DNA of 64,000 bases from Oscillospiraceae bacterium (lineage in GTDB: Bacteria > Bacillota > Clostridia > Oscillospirales > Ruminococcaceae). Under the pieces are notes generated by a model. That model ran no database searches and was not told the origin of the DNA. It saw nothing but the letters and a program-made list of their open reading frames with translations. Shown here piece after piece: positions 27,977-37,186 of the stretch. The DNA lies in the NCBI GenBank assembly GCA_017847875.1, contig JAGASN010000009.1, positions 41,604 to 105,603 on the forward strand, written 5' to 3'. The position numbers were made by a program, and so were the translations under genes. Numbering within the stretch: position 1 is the first letter of the stretch; every line of letters starts with the position of its first letter.

Positions 27977-28960
27977 TTAAAGAAAATTTTCGATTTCCGG
28001 AAGGATGAAAAATTCCGAACTTACAATAAAGCCAGCAAGCACAAAACTTGCAATAAAAGTAAGGGCAACGAAGATGATCGGAACCAAAAGACCGGTGCCG
28101 CCTTTCTTCTGAAAATAAGAAGAAATTTCTTTTTCGCCTTTATCAGCAAGAAGAACCCTTGCTTTTTTGACGTTGCCGACAACCTTCTGGTAATAAAGAC
28201 GGTTGAAGAACATCATAAGCGCAATTCTGAGAATCCAGACGAGAAGGTTTGCGATTATGGAATAAATCGCAAGTTCTTCCTGGTGGGGAACGTTCCAGAT
28301 TATTTGGGAAAGCATTCCCATTTCGACATATTGTTCCTGAATCATCTGAAAATCAAGAAGGAAGGTAGGAATCCCGAGAAGGGTTGTGATAAGGAAAACA
28401 ACGATTCCGAGCCCATACATCTTGCGGTAGAAAAGATAGAAGAAAGAGAAGATGAAGGCGGAAAAGTTTGTGTCGAATTTTGCGCCTTTTGAAAATGCGG
28501 CAAAGCGGGGAAGAAAATAGCCGACGTTGCTGCGAACGTAAATTGCGGCTTCCTTTGCGGAAATTCCGTCGAAAGAGGCGGAAAAGCTTTCGGCAATAAT
28601 GCGTTCGCGTTCACGCTGAAATTCCTCTTCGGAGGAAATAACGCGGGGTCTTTCGAAGGAAAGAGGAACGCCACAGCCGAGGCAATAGCGTGAATTTCCG
28701 GGGTTTTCTCTTCCGCAATTAGGACAAACGGTTATTCCGCCGTTTTCCTGTCCGGCGGGTTCGTGCTTATGAACCGGCGGAACGGCGGCGTTTTTCCATT
28801 CAAAATTTTCGCCGTGTTTTTCTTCGTTTGCGCAGGCGGAATGTTCTTTATAACAATCTCTGTGGTGGGGAGTTCCGCATTCGGGACAGACAACAATATC
28901 ATCTTCTGCGGTAAAGTTTTTTCCGCAGTATGGACATTTATTTCCGAGAAAGTTTTGCAT
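27977..28960 (-). CDS. zinc-ribbon domain membrane protein (DUF2628-like)
   Basis: Two CxxC...CxxC ribbons (CPYCGKNF...CPECGTP and CPNCGREN...CLGCGVP) followed by multiple TM helices. Confidence 0.7.
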   Translation of the reverse strand: MQNFLGNKCPYCGKNFTAEDDIVVCPECGTPHHRDCYKEHSACANEEKHGENFEWKNAAVPPVHKHEPAGQENGGITVCPNCGRENPGNSRYCLGCGVPLSFERPRVISSEEEFQRERERIIAESFSASFDGISAKEAAIYVRSNVGYFLPRFAAFSKGAKFDTNFSAFIFSFFYLFYRKMYGLGIVVFLITTLLGIPTFLLDFQMIQEQYVEMGMLSQIIWNVPHQEELAIYSIIANLLVWILRIALMMFFNRLYYQKVVGNVKKARVLLADKGEKEISSYFQKKGGTGLLVPIIFVALTFIASFVLAGFIVSSEFFILPEIENFL

Positions 28961-29103
28961 TTTGGGTTTCCTTTCGCTAAAAAAGCATAAATTTCTTTAT
29001 TATATTATAATTTTTTTCAAAAGGAAAATCAAACATTTTTGGAAATGTTAATAAATGTTTTACAATAATGAAAAGAAATTTTTTAAAAAAACAAAGATTT
29101 CTT

Positions 29104-29132
29104 TTGACTATTGCGGAAGAATAATATATAAT
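29104..29132 (+). promoter_or_regulatory. sigma-A promoter upstream of prfB
   Basis: TTGACT (29104-29109), a 17-nt spacer and TATAAT (29127-29132). Confidence 0.6.
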
Positions 29133-29194
29133 ATACTGTTGTATTATGTAAACTTATGCCCAAAAGGGCTTTTGCCGATTCGGAGGTATAAATA

Positions 29195-30334
29195 ATGCTT
29201 GAATTTGAAGAACTTAAACTCAGACTGGTTGCTCTTGAACCCCAGATTGAGGATCTTAAAGATGCCCTCGGTCTTGAACAGTGCAGAGCCGAAGTAAGAA
29301 GACTTGAAGCCCAGCAGGAAGACCCGGATTTTTGGAACGACGTTGAAACTTCCACAAAAGTTCAGCGCAAGCTCAGCCAGCTTAACGGAAAAATCAATTC
29401 CCATAAAGATCTTGAAACCCGCTATGAGGACGCAATGACCCTTATCGAAATTGCCCTTGAGGAAAACGATCCTTCTCTTTATGACGAAGCTCTTCCGGAA
29501 GTTGAAAAGCTCGAAAAGGATATTGATGAGCTCAAGCTCACAACTCTTCTCACCGGTGAATATGATGAAGGCAACGCAATCATCACTTTCCATGCAGGTG
29601 CCGGCGGCACCGAAGCACAGGATTGGTGCCAGATGCTTTACAGAATGTACACCTCCTGGTGCAACAAACACCCGGACCTCAAATATACCCTTGTTGACTG
29701 GCTCGACGGCGATGAAGCCGGCGTTAAATCCGCAACCATCATTGTTGAAGGACCCAACGCCTACGGTTTCCTTAAATCCGAAAACGGCGTTCACCGCCTT
29801 GTAAGGGTTTCTCCTTTCGATGCTTCCGGCCGCCGCCAGACTTCCTTTGCTTCTCTCGAAGTTATGCCGGAAATCGAGGACGACAAATCCATCGAAATCA
29901 AAGAGGACGATATCAAAATGGAAGTTTACCGCGCTTCCGGTGCGGGCGGTCAGAAAGTTAACAAAACTTCCTCCGCAGTTCGCCTTATCCATATCCCCAC
30001 CGGTATCACCGTTTGCTCCCAGATCGAGCGTTCCCAATATCAGAACCGCGAAGTCTGTATGAACATGCTCCGTTCCAAACTTGTTGAAATCAAAGAACGC
30101 GAACATCTCGAAAAAATCGAGGATATCAAAGGCGTTCAGAAAGAAATCACCTGGGGAAGCCAGATCCGTTCCTATGTTTTCATGCCTTACACCATGGTCA
30201 AAGACCACAGAACCGGTTTTGAAACCGGTAACGTCCAGGCTGTTATGGACGGCGAAATCGACGGTTTCATCAACGCTTACCTCAAGCAGATGAACAAAGG
30301 CCAGTTCGAAGGCGGAAACGACAATTTAGTTTAA
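29195..30334 (+). CDS. prfB: peptide chain release factor 2, uninterrupted reading frame
   Basis: 379 aa with the SPF motif (VRVSPFDASGRRQTSFA) and GGQ motif (YRASGAGGQKVNKTSSAV). No in-frame TGA at the usual codon ~25 frameshift position. Confidence 0.93.
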   Translation: MLEFEELKLRLVALEPQIEDLKDALGLEQCRAEVRRLEAQQEDPDFWNDVETSTKVQRKLSQLNGKINSHKDLETRYEDAMTLIEIALEENDPSLYDEALPEVEKLEKDIDELKLTTLLTGEYDEGNAIITFHAGAGGTEAQDWCQMLYRMYTSWCNKHPDLKYTLVDWLDGDEAGVKSATIIVEGPNAYGFLKSENGVHRLVRVSPFDASGRRQTSFASLEVMPEIEDDKSIEIKEDDIKMEVYRASGAGGQKVNKTSSAVRLIHIPTGITVCSQIERSQYQNREVCMNMLRSKLVEIKEREHLEKIEDIKGVQKEITWGSQIRSYVFMPYTMVKDHRTGFETGNVQAVMDGEIDGFINAYLKQMNKGQFEGGNDNLV

Positions 30335-30340
30335 TCAATT

Positions 30341-30396
30341 GCGCCCTTTGTTAAAGGGGAGAGGGCCACATCGCGTAAGCGGTGGCGAGGGGATTC
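30341..30396 (+). repeat. solo left-end-like copy (divergent variant) of the DUF559-cassette terminus
   Basis: CCCTTT-GTT-AAAGGG hairpin, an imperfect CCACATCGC-GTAA-GCGGTGG hairpin, then GAGGGGATTC (compare GGAGGGATTC at 3660-3669). Starts 7 nt after the prfB stop. Confidence 0.5.
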
Positions 30397-30455
30397 TTTG
30401 AAACGAATCAAAACAAATTAAAACCCGGCGGGAGATTCTCCCGCTGTTTTTATGG

Positions 30456-31136
30456 GTGATTATTATGATTAAAGCAGTTTTTATCGATATTGACGGAACT
30501 CTTCTGGATTTTGAGGCCTGCGTTGAGGAATCAATGCGCCTTGGTCTTACCGAAAACAAAATTGAATATAAGCCGGAGATGCTCGAAACTTTTCATAAAA
30601 TAAACAACGGATTCTGGCGCGACCTTGAGCAGGGAAAAATCACTTTTGAGGAACTTCTGGAACGCCGTTGGGCAACGGTTTTTGAGGCTCTCGGAATCGA
30701 TCTCAACGGTCCGGAATTTGAAACCTATTTCAGAAAACGCCTTCACGAAAGCGCAATTCCCATGGAAGGTTCTTACGAAACGCTTGAATATCTTTTTGGA
30801 AAATACCGCATTTTTGCCGCAAGCAACGGACCACACGAACAGCAGGTCGAAAGACTTCGCAAAGCGGATATGCTCAGATATTTTGAGGAAGTTTTCACTT
30901 CCGGAAAAATCGGTGCGGAAAAACCCGCAAAGGAATTTTTTGAATATTGCTTTGAAAAAACTGCGGATATAAAACCGGAAGAAAGCGCAATGCTCGGCGA
31001 TTCCCTTACTTCCGATATGAAAGGCGGAAACGATTTCGGAATGAAGACCATCTGGCTCAACCTTAACGGAAAGGAAAAGCCGGAATGGTTGGATTTTGAG
31101 ATAAAATCACTTCTTGAAGTTAAAGAAATTATATGA
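30456..31136 (+). CDS. HAD-IA family hydrolase (YjjG-like)
   Basis: Motif I AVFIDIDGTLLDF, SNGPHEQQ, GDSLTSDMKGG. Confidence 0.85.
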   Translation: MIIMIKAVFIDIDGTLLDFEACVEESMRLGLTENKIEYKPEMLETFHKINNGFWRDLEQGKITFEELLERRWATVFEALGIDLNGPEFETYFRKRLHESAIPMEGSYETLEYLFGKYRIFAASNGPHEQQVERLRKADMLRYFEEVFTSGKIGAEKPAKEFFEYCFEKTADIKPEESAMLGDSLTSDMKGGNDFGMKTIWLNLNGKEKPEWLDFEIKSLLEVKEII

Positions 31137-31137
31137 T

Positions 31138-31191
31138 GAATCCCTCCGGCATTTTCACAGAAAATGCTACCTCCCTTTAGGCAAGGGAGGC
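31138..31191 (+). repeat. solo right-end copy of the DUF559-cassette terminus
   Basis: GAATCCCTCC, hairpin GCATTTT-CACAG-AAAATGC, then CCTCCCTTTAGGCAAGGGAGGC identical to 4049-4070. Begins 2 nt after the HAD stop codon. Confidence 0.65.
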
Positions 31192-31271
31192 TTATAAAGA
31201 TAAAAAACAAAACCCTGCGGAATTTCCGCAGGGTTTTGTTTTTGTGGATTATAGAAAAGAGTTGGGGGAAA

Positions 31272-32060
31272 TTATCTTACCATTACAAGGCCGCCGTTTA
31301 CGCAGATTACCTGACCGTTGATGTAACGTGCGCCGTCGGAAGCAAGGAATACCATTACGGGAACAAGGTCGGTATCAACTTCACCCATATCGCCGAAGAG
31401 CGGGAACATCTGTTTAAGACCTGCTTTATAAGGTTCAACAACCGCGGGGTCTGCAGTTTCAAGCCAATATTTATACATAGGAGTTTTGATGGAGGGGTTT
31501 ACGCAGTTGCAGCGAACATTTGCTTCACGTGCCCAGTCAAGAGCGATAGAACGGGTCCAGCCAAGAACAGCTGCTTTGGAGGAAGCATAGACTGCACCGT
31601 TGGGCATACCGGAAAGACCGGTATCGGAAGCATAGTTGATAATTGCGCCTTCAATGCCGTTTGCTTTAAAATATTTATAAGCTTCCTGGTTGGTCCAGAC
31701 AGTGCCTTTGAAGTTTACACCCATAACAAAATCAATGTCTTCTTCTTCAAAGGTTTCTGCGGGTTTGTTGCGTTCAACACCGGCAATGTTTGCAAGAACG
31801 TCGAGTCCACCCATGATTTCGATTGCTTTTGCAAAGAATTCCTGAACAGCGGTTTTATCGGTGATGTCGCAGTGGAAATATGTTGCTTTTCCGGTTACGT
31901 TTTCCTGTGCGTTTGCTTCTGCTTCGGTGGTTTTGCCGCCTTCGTCGTTAACGTCGCAGAAAACGACCTGTGCACCTGCGCGGACATATCCTCTTACACA
32001 ACCTGCAGCAATGCCGCTTCCACCGCCGGTTACGATTATTTTTTTGCCTTCAAGTTCCAT
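31272..32060 (-). CDS. SDR family NAD(P)-dependent oxidoreductase
   Basis: TGGGSGIA dinucleotide motif and YASSKAAV catalytic YxxxK. Its codon usage resembles that of the ribosomal-protein genes. Confidence 0.9.
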   Translation of the reverse strand: MELEGKKIIVTGGGSGIAAGCVRGYVRAGAQVVFCDVNDEGGKTTEAEANAQENVTGKATYFHCDITDKTAVQEFFAKAIEIMGGLDVLANIAGVERNKPAETFEEEDIDFVMGVNFKGTVWTNQEAYKYFKANGIEGAIINYASDTGLSGMPNGAVYASSKAAVLGWTRSIALDWAREANVRCNCVNPSIKTPMYKYWLETADPAVVEPYKAGLKQMFPLFGDMGEVDTDLVPVMVFLASDGARYINGQVICVNGGLVMVR

Positions 32061-32175
32061 TTACTTTTTCCTCCGTTTGCGTTATAATTTTGGTGACACA
32101 TTTGTATCATAATTTAATCTTAATTAATTAATACATGAATGTAAATATTTTAACAAAAAACTGAAACAAACAAAG

Positions 32176-32742
32176 GTGATATGTATCATGAAAAGCGAAA
32201 TTACCCTAAATGAAAGCGTAAAAGAAGCTATTGAGATTGCACTTATAAGACTTTTAAATAAGAAGGACATAAATAAAATAACAGTTACGGAACTTTGCGA
32301 AACTGCGGGAGTTGGAAGAAGCAGTTTTTATCGGAATTTTGGAAGTCTGGAAGATGCCGCAGTAAGCTATGTAAATAGGATATATAGGGAATATTTCAGA
32401 AATAATCCGGTGAATCCAAACGCTTATAAAAAACCCAATTTCTCATTTTTTCTTAAGGAAAGATATAAATTCGTAAAAGAACACAGGAATGATTTTACTG
32501 TTTTATACAAAAATGGGATTCTCTATAAATCCCTTCTGAAAATGGATCCGGAAATCAAAGCACAGTATCTTTTGGCGGATGTAAGTGAAAGCCGATATTT
32601 CAGCGCAATGGTAATGGGCTTTTCTGCAGGTGTAATTGAAGAATGGGTTGCCGGAGGAATGAAGGAAAGCGAAGAGGAACTTGCCGAGATAACAAAAGCC
32701 TGTCTTCTCGGAACAGTGAAACGCCTGAAAGATGCATTTTAA
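32176..32742 (+). CDS. TetR/AcrR family transcriptional regulator
   Basis: N-terminal HTH ITVTELCETAGVGRSSFYRNFGSLEDA. Divergent from the SDR gene. ATG 32188 is an alternative start. Confidence 0.85.
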   Translation: MICIMKSEITLNESVKEAIEIALIRLLNKKDINKITVTELCETAGVGRSSFYRNFGSLEDAAVSYVNRIYREYFRNNPVNPNAYKKPNFSFFLKERYKFVKEHRNDFTVLYKNGILYKSLLKMDPEIKAQYLLADVSESRYFSAMVMGFSAGVIEEWVAGGMKESEEELAEITKACLLGTVKRLKDAF

Positions 32743-32787
32743 TCAAAAAAAAACCCTGCTCATTCGAGCAGGGGTGTTTTTACAGTA

Positions 32788-33294
32788 TCAAAGCACTTTT
32801 TCGTAAGCAACTCTCGGGTCGCCGTTTTCAAGATAGATGATTCCACATTTTTTGAAACCGCATTTTTCAAGAAGTTTCTGCATTCCTATGTTGTCTTCGT
32901 GAGTATCAACGCGGATTGAAGGAATTTTTTTGACTTCGCAGATTTTGTCAGCAAGACCCATAAGCGCGGTTCCCATTCCCATTCCGTGCCAGTCCGGGTT
33001 GATTCCGAGGCGATGAACAACAAGATAATTTTCTCCGTCGGTGAGCCATTCGCCTTCGATTTTATCGTAGGTGGGTTCGTTTCCGGCAATAAAAGCGCCG
33101 AAACCGATAAGGACTTCGCCCATATACATTACATAAAGGGCTTTTTGGTCAACGTCTTCGGCAAAAATTTCGCGGGAAGGATAGCCATCGACCCACTGAT
33201 GAATGTTGTTTGCTTCAAAATATTCGCTTTTTATGCGGCGAACACAGCCGAGAACGGCAGGAATATCGGGTTTTGATGCGGGACGTACTTTCAT
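32788..33294 (-). CDS. GNAT family N-acetyltransferase
   Basis: 168 aa with motif A (HRLGINPDWHGMGMGTALMGLADKI). Confidence 0.85.
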   Translation of the reverse strand: MKVRPASKPDIPAVLGCVRRIKSEYFEANNIHQWVDGYPSREIFAEDVDQKALYVMYMGEVLIGFGAFIAGNEPTYDKIEGEWLTDGENYLVVHRLGINPDWHGMGMGTALMGLADKICEVKKIPSIRVDTHEDNIGMQKLLEKCGFKKCGIIYLENGDPRVAYEKVL

Positions 33295-33314
33295 TTTTTA
33301 TTACTTCCTTTCAG

Positions 33315-34292
33315 TTAACGGTTTTTAAGGAATCTTATATCTTCGCCGACGAAGAGAAGCCTTTTATATTCGCCGAGAATACGGCTTGCGGTTCGTTCGG
33401 AATATCTTTCGGTAAGTTCCTTTACGGAAAGATTCGTGCTGATTATTGTCGGGCGGTTTTCATAAAGACGCTCGTTTATGAGATTTCCGATTGCGGCAGT
33501 GGTGAACTGGGAAGAAAATTCCGCGCCGAGGTCATCAATTATAAGAAGATCGCAGTCGGTATATTTACGCATAAATAAATCGCTTCCGGAATAGGAAAAA
33601 TGTTCGCGCTCGAGATTTGAAACAAGCTTCTGTGCGGGAGCATAAACAACGCCGAAACCTTTTTCGGCCGCGGTTTTTGCAATGGAAAGGGAAAGATGGG
33701 TTTTTCCAAGTCCGGTTTTTCCGATCATTATTATGCTCGGAGAAGAAAGAGAAAAACCGTTTGCATAATTTATACAAAAATTGTAATAATTTTGCATTTT
33801 TCTGCGGGGGTTTGTTCCGTCGGAAGCACCGTTATCGACATAATAGGAAAGGTCAAAATTTTCGAATGAGCATTCGGCGGAGCCGGAACTTGCGGCAAGT
33901 TCCTTCTGCGCTTCTGCGCGGCAGATTTCTTTATAGCAATCGCAGAGCATTCCGTTTTTTCTTCCGGTGTCGCTGCAATTTTCGCAGGTGTAATGCGGTT
34001 CAAGGTAATCCGCGGGAAGACCGTTTTCGGAAAGAAGTTCGGCCTTCTGGCGCTTTGCGGCATCGTTTTGAGCATTGATTTCGGAAAGAACATCATCAAG
34101 GTTTTCATTTCCGCGAAGAACGAGCATGGAAAGGTTTGCCATTCGGCGGGAAAGTTCGGAATCTATTCTTCTTATTTCCGGAATTTTGGCATAAACATCG
34201 GCTTTTTTCAGTTCAGCAAGACGCTGTGCTCCGGTTCTGCGTTCCTCAAGAATTCGCTTTGCGGCGGCATAGACTTCGGAAGAATAGGCCAT
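33315..34292 (-). CDS. DnaC/DnaI-like AAA+ helicase loader
   Basis: Cys cluster CENCSDTGRKNGMLCDCY, Walker A GKTGLGKTHLS, Walker B LLIIDDLG. Confidence 0.8.
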   Translation of the reverse strand: MAYSSEVYAAAKRILEERRTGAQRLAELKKADVYAKIPEIRRIDSELSRRMANLSMLVLRGNENLDDVLSEINAQNDAAKRQKAELLSENGLPADYLEPHYTCENCSDTGRKNGMLCDCYKEICRAEAQKELAASSGSAECSFENFDLSYYVDNGASDGTNPRRKMQNYYNFCINYANGFSLSSPSIIMIGKTGLGKTHLSLSIAKTAAEKGFGVVYAPAQKLVSNLEREHFSYSGSDLFMRKYTDCDLLIIDDLGAEFSSQFTTAAIGNLINERLYENRPTIISTNLSVKELTERYSERTASRILGEYKRLLFVGEDIRFLKNR

Positions 34293-34364
34293 ATCCTTTC
34301 AGCTTCCTTTCTTTAAAATTTTATAATAAATTACTACATTTTTAAATAGCGGTGCTCATAATGC

Positions 34365-35306
34365 TCAGATTACCGAATCATCGAGCATCATTCTGCGCTC
34401 AAGTTCATCAAGATCGAAGGAAGGCGACTTTTCTTCCGCCTTGTTTTTGTTTTCTGCGGCGGCTTCTGCGGGAGTTTTAATTCCCTTGCGGTGCCAGCTG
34501 ATGAGCAGTTTGTTTATGTAAGGGAAGGAAAGCTTTGCGGTTTTTTCAATACATTTTTCGTATGCAAAATGTATAAGTTCCGGAGAAATATTGTATAAAC
34601 GCCAGCTTTCCGCATATTCTTTTTCTTTGGCAACAAGGCTTCTGCCATAAATTTCAAGGCGGCGTTTAACTTCGCCTTCCCAGCTTCTGGCTTCGTTGAG
34701 AAAATGAATACGCTCTTCTGCGGATTCAATAGTATCGATTCCCGAATCCAGCCATTCAAGGGCGGTTTTCTGGATATAACGCAGATTTGTTTTTCCGATT
34801 CCGGCACAGTACTGAATTACCATACAAAGGATTTCCGGAGCAATTCCGGCGTAGGAAATGAGCCAGACGATTGTTTCGGTATCGGAACTTGTGAAGGTTT
34901 TTCCAAGAATCCTTTCCGCTTCGGAAAGAACATGGGCAATTCCGGAATCTTCTTCCTTAAGGCGGATAACCTCTTTCATAGTGAGTTTGGTTTCGGGCGG
35001 TTTGGGAATATCCTTTTTCTGTTCGGAAACCGCGGGGGATACCTTAGGAACGGAAACCGGCGCGGAAACGCCTTCACATTCAAGAATTCCTCTTCCGACC
35101 CAATAATCAAGAAGATCCTTTGCGTCATCGGGAAGGATCCCGAGTTCGGAAGCAACAATTTCCGGCGAAGTTTCCGAAAACCCCCGGCTTAAAGCGAAAA
35201 GAAGGACCCTGAGCTGACCGGCGGTACAGAGTTTTAAATTTTCGGTAGCTTCGTTCGGAACAAAAAAAGCTCCGCTGCCGCATTTTACAACAACACGATA
35301 TGCCAA
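34365..35306 (-). CDS. DnaD/DnaB_2 domain replication initiation protein
   Basis: 313 aa with C-terminal DnaD-type repeats (ETIVWLISYAG..., YINKLLISWHRKGIKT). Adjacent to the loader ATPase. Confidence 0.75.
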   Translation of the reverse strand: MAYRVVVKCGSGAFFVPNEATENLKLCTAGQLRVLLFALSRGFSETSPEIVASELGILPDDAKDLLDYWVGRGILECEGVSAPVSVPKVSPAVSEQKKDIPKPPETKLTMKEVIRLKEEDSGIAHVLSEAERILGKTFTSSDTETIVWLISYAGIAPEILCMVIQYCAGIGKTNLRYIQKTALEWLDSGIDTIESAEERIHFLNEARSWEGEVKRRLEIYGRSLVAKEKEYAESWRLYNISPELIHFAYEKCIEKTAKLSFPYINKLLISWHRKGIKTPAEAAAENKNKAEEKSPSFDLDELERRMMLDDSVI

Positions 35307-35401
35307 TTCTCAGTCCTCCTTCAATAAAATTCAGTGAACTTCATTATACCACAATGAACTTTGTTTTGCACTATAAAAACGCAAAAAATATCCGGATAAA
35401 C

Positions 35402-35433
35402 AAAAAAGCTCATTCCGAAGAATGAGCTTTTTT
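35402..35433 (-). terminator. rho-independent terminator downstream of tRNA-Gly
   Basis: AGCTCATT-CCGAAG-AATGAGCT hairpin with a T-run on the minus strand. Confidence 0.8.
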
Positions 35434-35434
35434 C

Positions 35435-35510
35435 TGGAGCGGGTTACGAGGCTCGAACTCGCTACCTCGACCTTGGCAAGGTCGCGCTCTACCAGATGAG
35501 CTAAACCCGC
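35435..35510 (-). tRNA. tRNA-Gly (anticodon GCC), CCA encoded
   Basis: The reverse complement, GCGGGTTTAGCTCATCTGGTAGAGCGCGACCTTGCCAAGGTCGAGGTAGCGAGTTCGAGCCTCGTAACCCGCTCCA, folds as a cloverleaf. 7-bp acceptor stem, anticodon loop TTGCCAA, and a TTCGAGC T-loop. Confidence 0.95.
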
Positions 35511-35533
35511 AAGTCATTTTTGACTGCTCGACT

Positions 35534-35562
35534 ATTATATCGAATTCCTCGGGGTTTGTCAA
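35534..35562 (-). promoter_or_regulatory. perfect-consensus sigma-A promoter for tRNA-Gly
   Basis: On the minus strand, TTGACA (35562-35557), a 17-nt spacer and TATAAT (35539-35534). Confidence 0.7.
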
Positions 35563-35684
35563 TAGGGTTTTGCAAAATTTTTTAAACTTTTTTCGAGCCT
35601 TTTTATCCCTTTTCACTTGAATAAAAAATGTTTCGGGTGTATAATAACGATGTAAAATTACGCAGAAAAGGAGGGTTCCGTATT

Positions 35685-36512
35685 ATGACAGGCGATATGC
35701 ATTGCCACACCACAATGTCCGACGGCTCAACCAGCCCGGAAATGCTCGTTCAATATGCTCTTGATGCGGGACTCGATTTTATTGCCGTTACCGACCACGA
35801 TACTATGGCAGGCGCTCAGGTTGCCGTAAACATAGGAAAACGCAAAGGTCTCAGAGTTATTCCCGGTGTTGAAGTTTCAACTTATGATTCCAAAACCGGA
35901 AGAAATGTCCACCTTCTCTGCTATATGCCGAGAAAGACCGAAGAACTTGAAAAAATGATCAACAACACCCTTAAAAACCGCAACGAGGCAATCAGAGGGG
36001 TTGTTGAGGAAATTTCCAAAAAATATCCGATAACTTATGACGATGTAAAAAAAGCCGCAGGCGGAGCGCAATGTATCTACCGCCAGCATATCGCCTGTGC
36101 TTTGATGTACAGAGGATATACCAACGCGATTTTTTCTGAGCTGAACAGCGAATTTTTCGGAAACATTCCTTATGCTGTTGATTTTCCCGAGGTAAGGGAA
36201 GCGGCCGATGTGATTAACAGAAGCGGCGGAATTTGCTGCCTTGCCCATCCGGGAAGATATGACTCCATCGAACTTGCCTGGGAACTTGCCGAAACGGGAA
36301 AAATTCAGGCTATTGAACTTTCCCACCCGGCAAACAGCGAAAGCGACAGGGAAGAGATCGAAAAGATCATCAAAAAATATTGGCTTGTTCCATTGGGCGG
36401 AACCGATTATCACGGTTATTACAGCAGCCACCCGCATCCTCTCGGAACCTGCACAACTCCCGGCGAGGCTCTTGATGCTTTGCTGAAAGTAAGAGAAGAG
36501 CTTAATAAATAA
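35685..36512 (+). CDS. PHP domain metal-dependent phosphoesterase
   Basis: MTGDMHCHTTMSDGS, IAVTDHDT, LAHPGRY, GGTDYHG. ATG 35685 after AAAGGAGGG is preferred over the track start 35628. Confidence 0.85.
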   Translation: MTGDMHCHTTMSDGSTSPEMLVQYALDAGLDFIAVTDHDTMAGAQVAVNIGKRKGLRVIPGVEVSTYDSKTGRNVHLLCYMPRKTEELEKMINNTLKNRNEAIRGVVEEISKKYPITYDDVKKAAGGAQCIYRQHIACALMYRGYTNAIFSELNSEFFGNIPYAVDFPEVREAADVINRSGGICCLAHPGRYDSIELAWELAETGKIQAIELSHPANSESDREEIEKIIKKYWLVPLGGTDYHGYYSSHPHPLGTCTTPGEALDALLKVREELNK

Positions 36513-36582
36513 TTTTTCCGGGGCAGGGTGCAAAGGCGCCTTGTCCCGTTTTGTTTAATTTTTGAAGCGGAGATGACGGATT

Positions 36583-37131
36583 TTGTACGGAACTGACGAC
36601 AGCGATATGAAAATTGTGGGAAAAAGGCTTCAGCCAATCGATGAAAGCGATATGGAAGCAAAGCTTTATAACCATGAACGCGAAAACGGAAACCTTGAAA
36701 AAGCGCACGATATAGGCAAATTTTTTGCGGAATCGCTTATGAGCGAAGAAGGTTTTGCCTATGAAAAAAACCGCGCTTCGGATTTTGAGGCAAGAAACCG
36801 CAGTATTCTTTTTGCCTTCACTGCTGACAGGGTTCTGAGCACCTTTATGCCGAACCATATAATTGCGCGTTCCGCTCAGAATGAATTTTTCGACGAAATA
36901 CGCCGCAGAGATATCGGGCTTTATGAATCCATTTCACGTTCCGGCGCTTTTTCGATGTATCTTCTTTGCAGAAGAAGGGGAGACGGACGTTACACCGGAG
37001 TCGGAAGAGTTTATGCCGGGGTTGTCCGCAGACCGGATGATGATGCAACCGCCGCAAAAGGTGATGAGATTTATGAAAAATATTTTGATTTTTGCATTGA
37101 GCACATCAAAAATATAGAGTTCGCGTTTTGA
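36583..37131 (+). CDS. hypothetical protein
   Basis: 182-aa ORF (alternative start ATG 36608) followed by a terminator. No family or HTH recognised by eye. Confidence 0.5.
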   Translation: MYGTDDSDMKIVGKRLQPIDESDMEAKLYNHERENGNLEKAHDIGKFFAESLMSEEGFAYEKNRASDFEARNRSILFAFTADRVLSTFMPNHIIARSAQNEFFDEIRRRDIGLYESISRSGAFSMYLLCRRRGDGRYTGVGRVYAGVVRRPDDDATAAKGDEIYEKYFDFCIEHIKNIEFAF

Positions 37132-37160
37132 GCACTGCAGCAAAAATTGAAAAAATGTCA

Positions 37161-37186
37161 AAAGGAGCCGAAAGGCTCCTTTTTTA
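37161..37186 (+). terminator. rho-independent terminator insulating the eut operon from upstream genes
   Basis: GGAGCC-GAAA-GGCTCC hairpin followed by TTTTTT. Confidence 0.8.

Noticed and set aside
33315-35562. The DnaD-domain and DnaC-like ATPase pair next to tRNA-Gly, as a possible prophage or integrative-element remnant.
   Set aside because: No integrase, repeat flanking the tRNA, or phage structural or regulatory gene is nearby. Clostridia encode a chromosomal DnaD/DnaB-like plus loader pair of this type. The simplest reading is the housekeeping helicase-loading module.
35410-35616. A 68-aa minus-strand ORF from the track.
   Set aside because: It is fully occupied by tRNA-Gly, its promoter and its terminator, so it is not a protein-coding gene.
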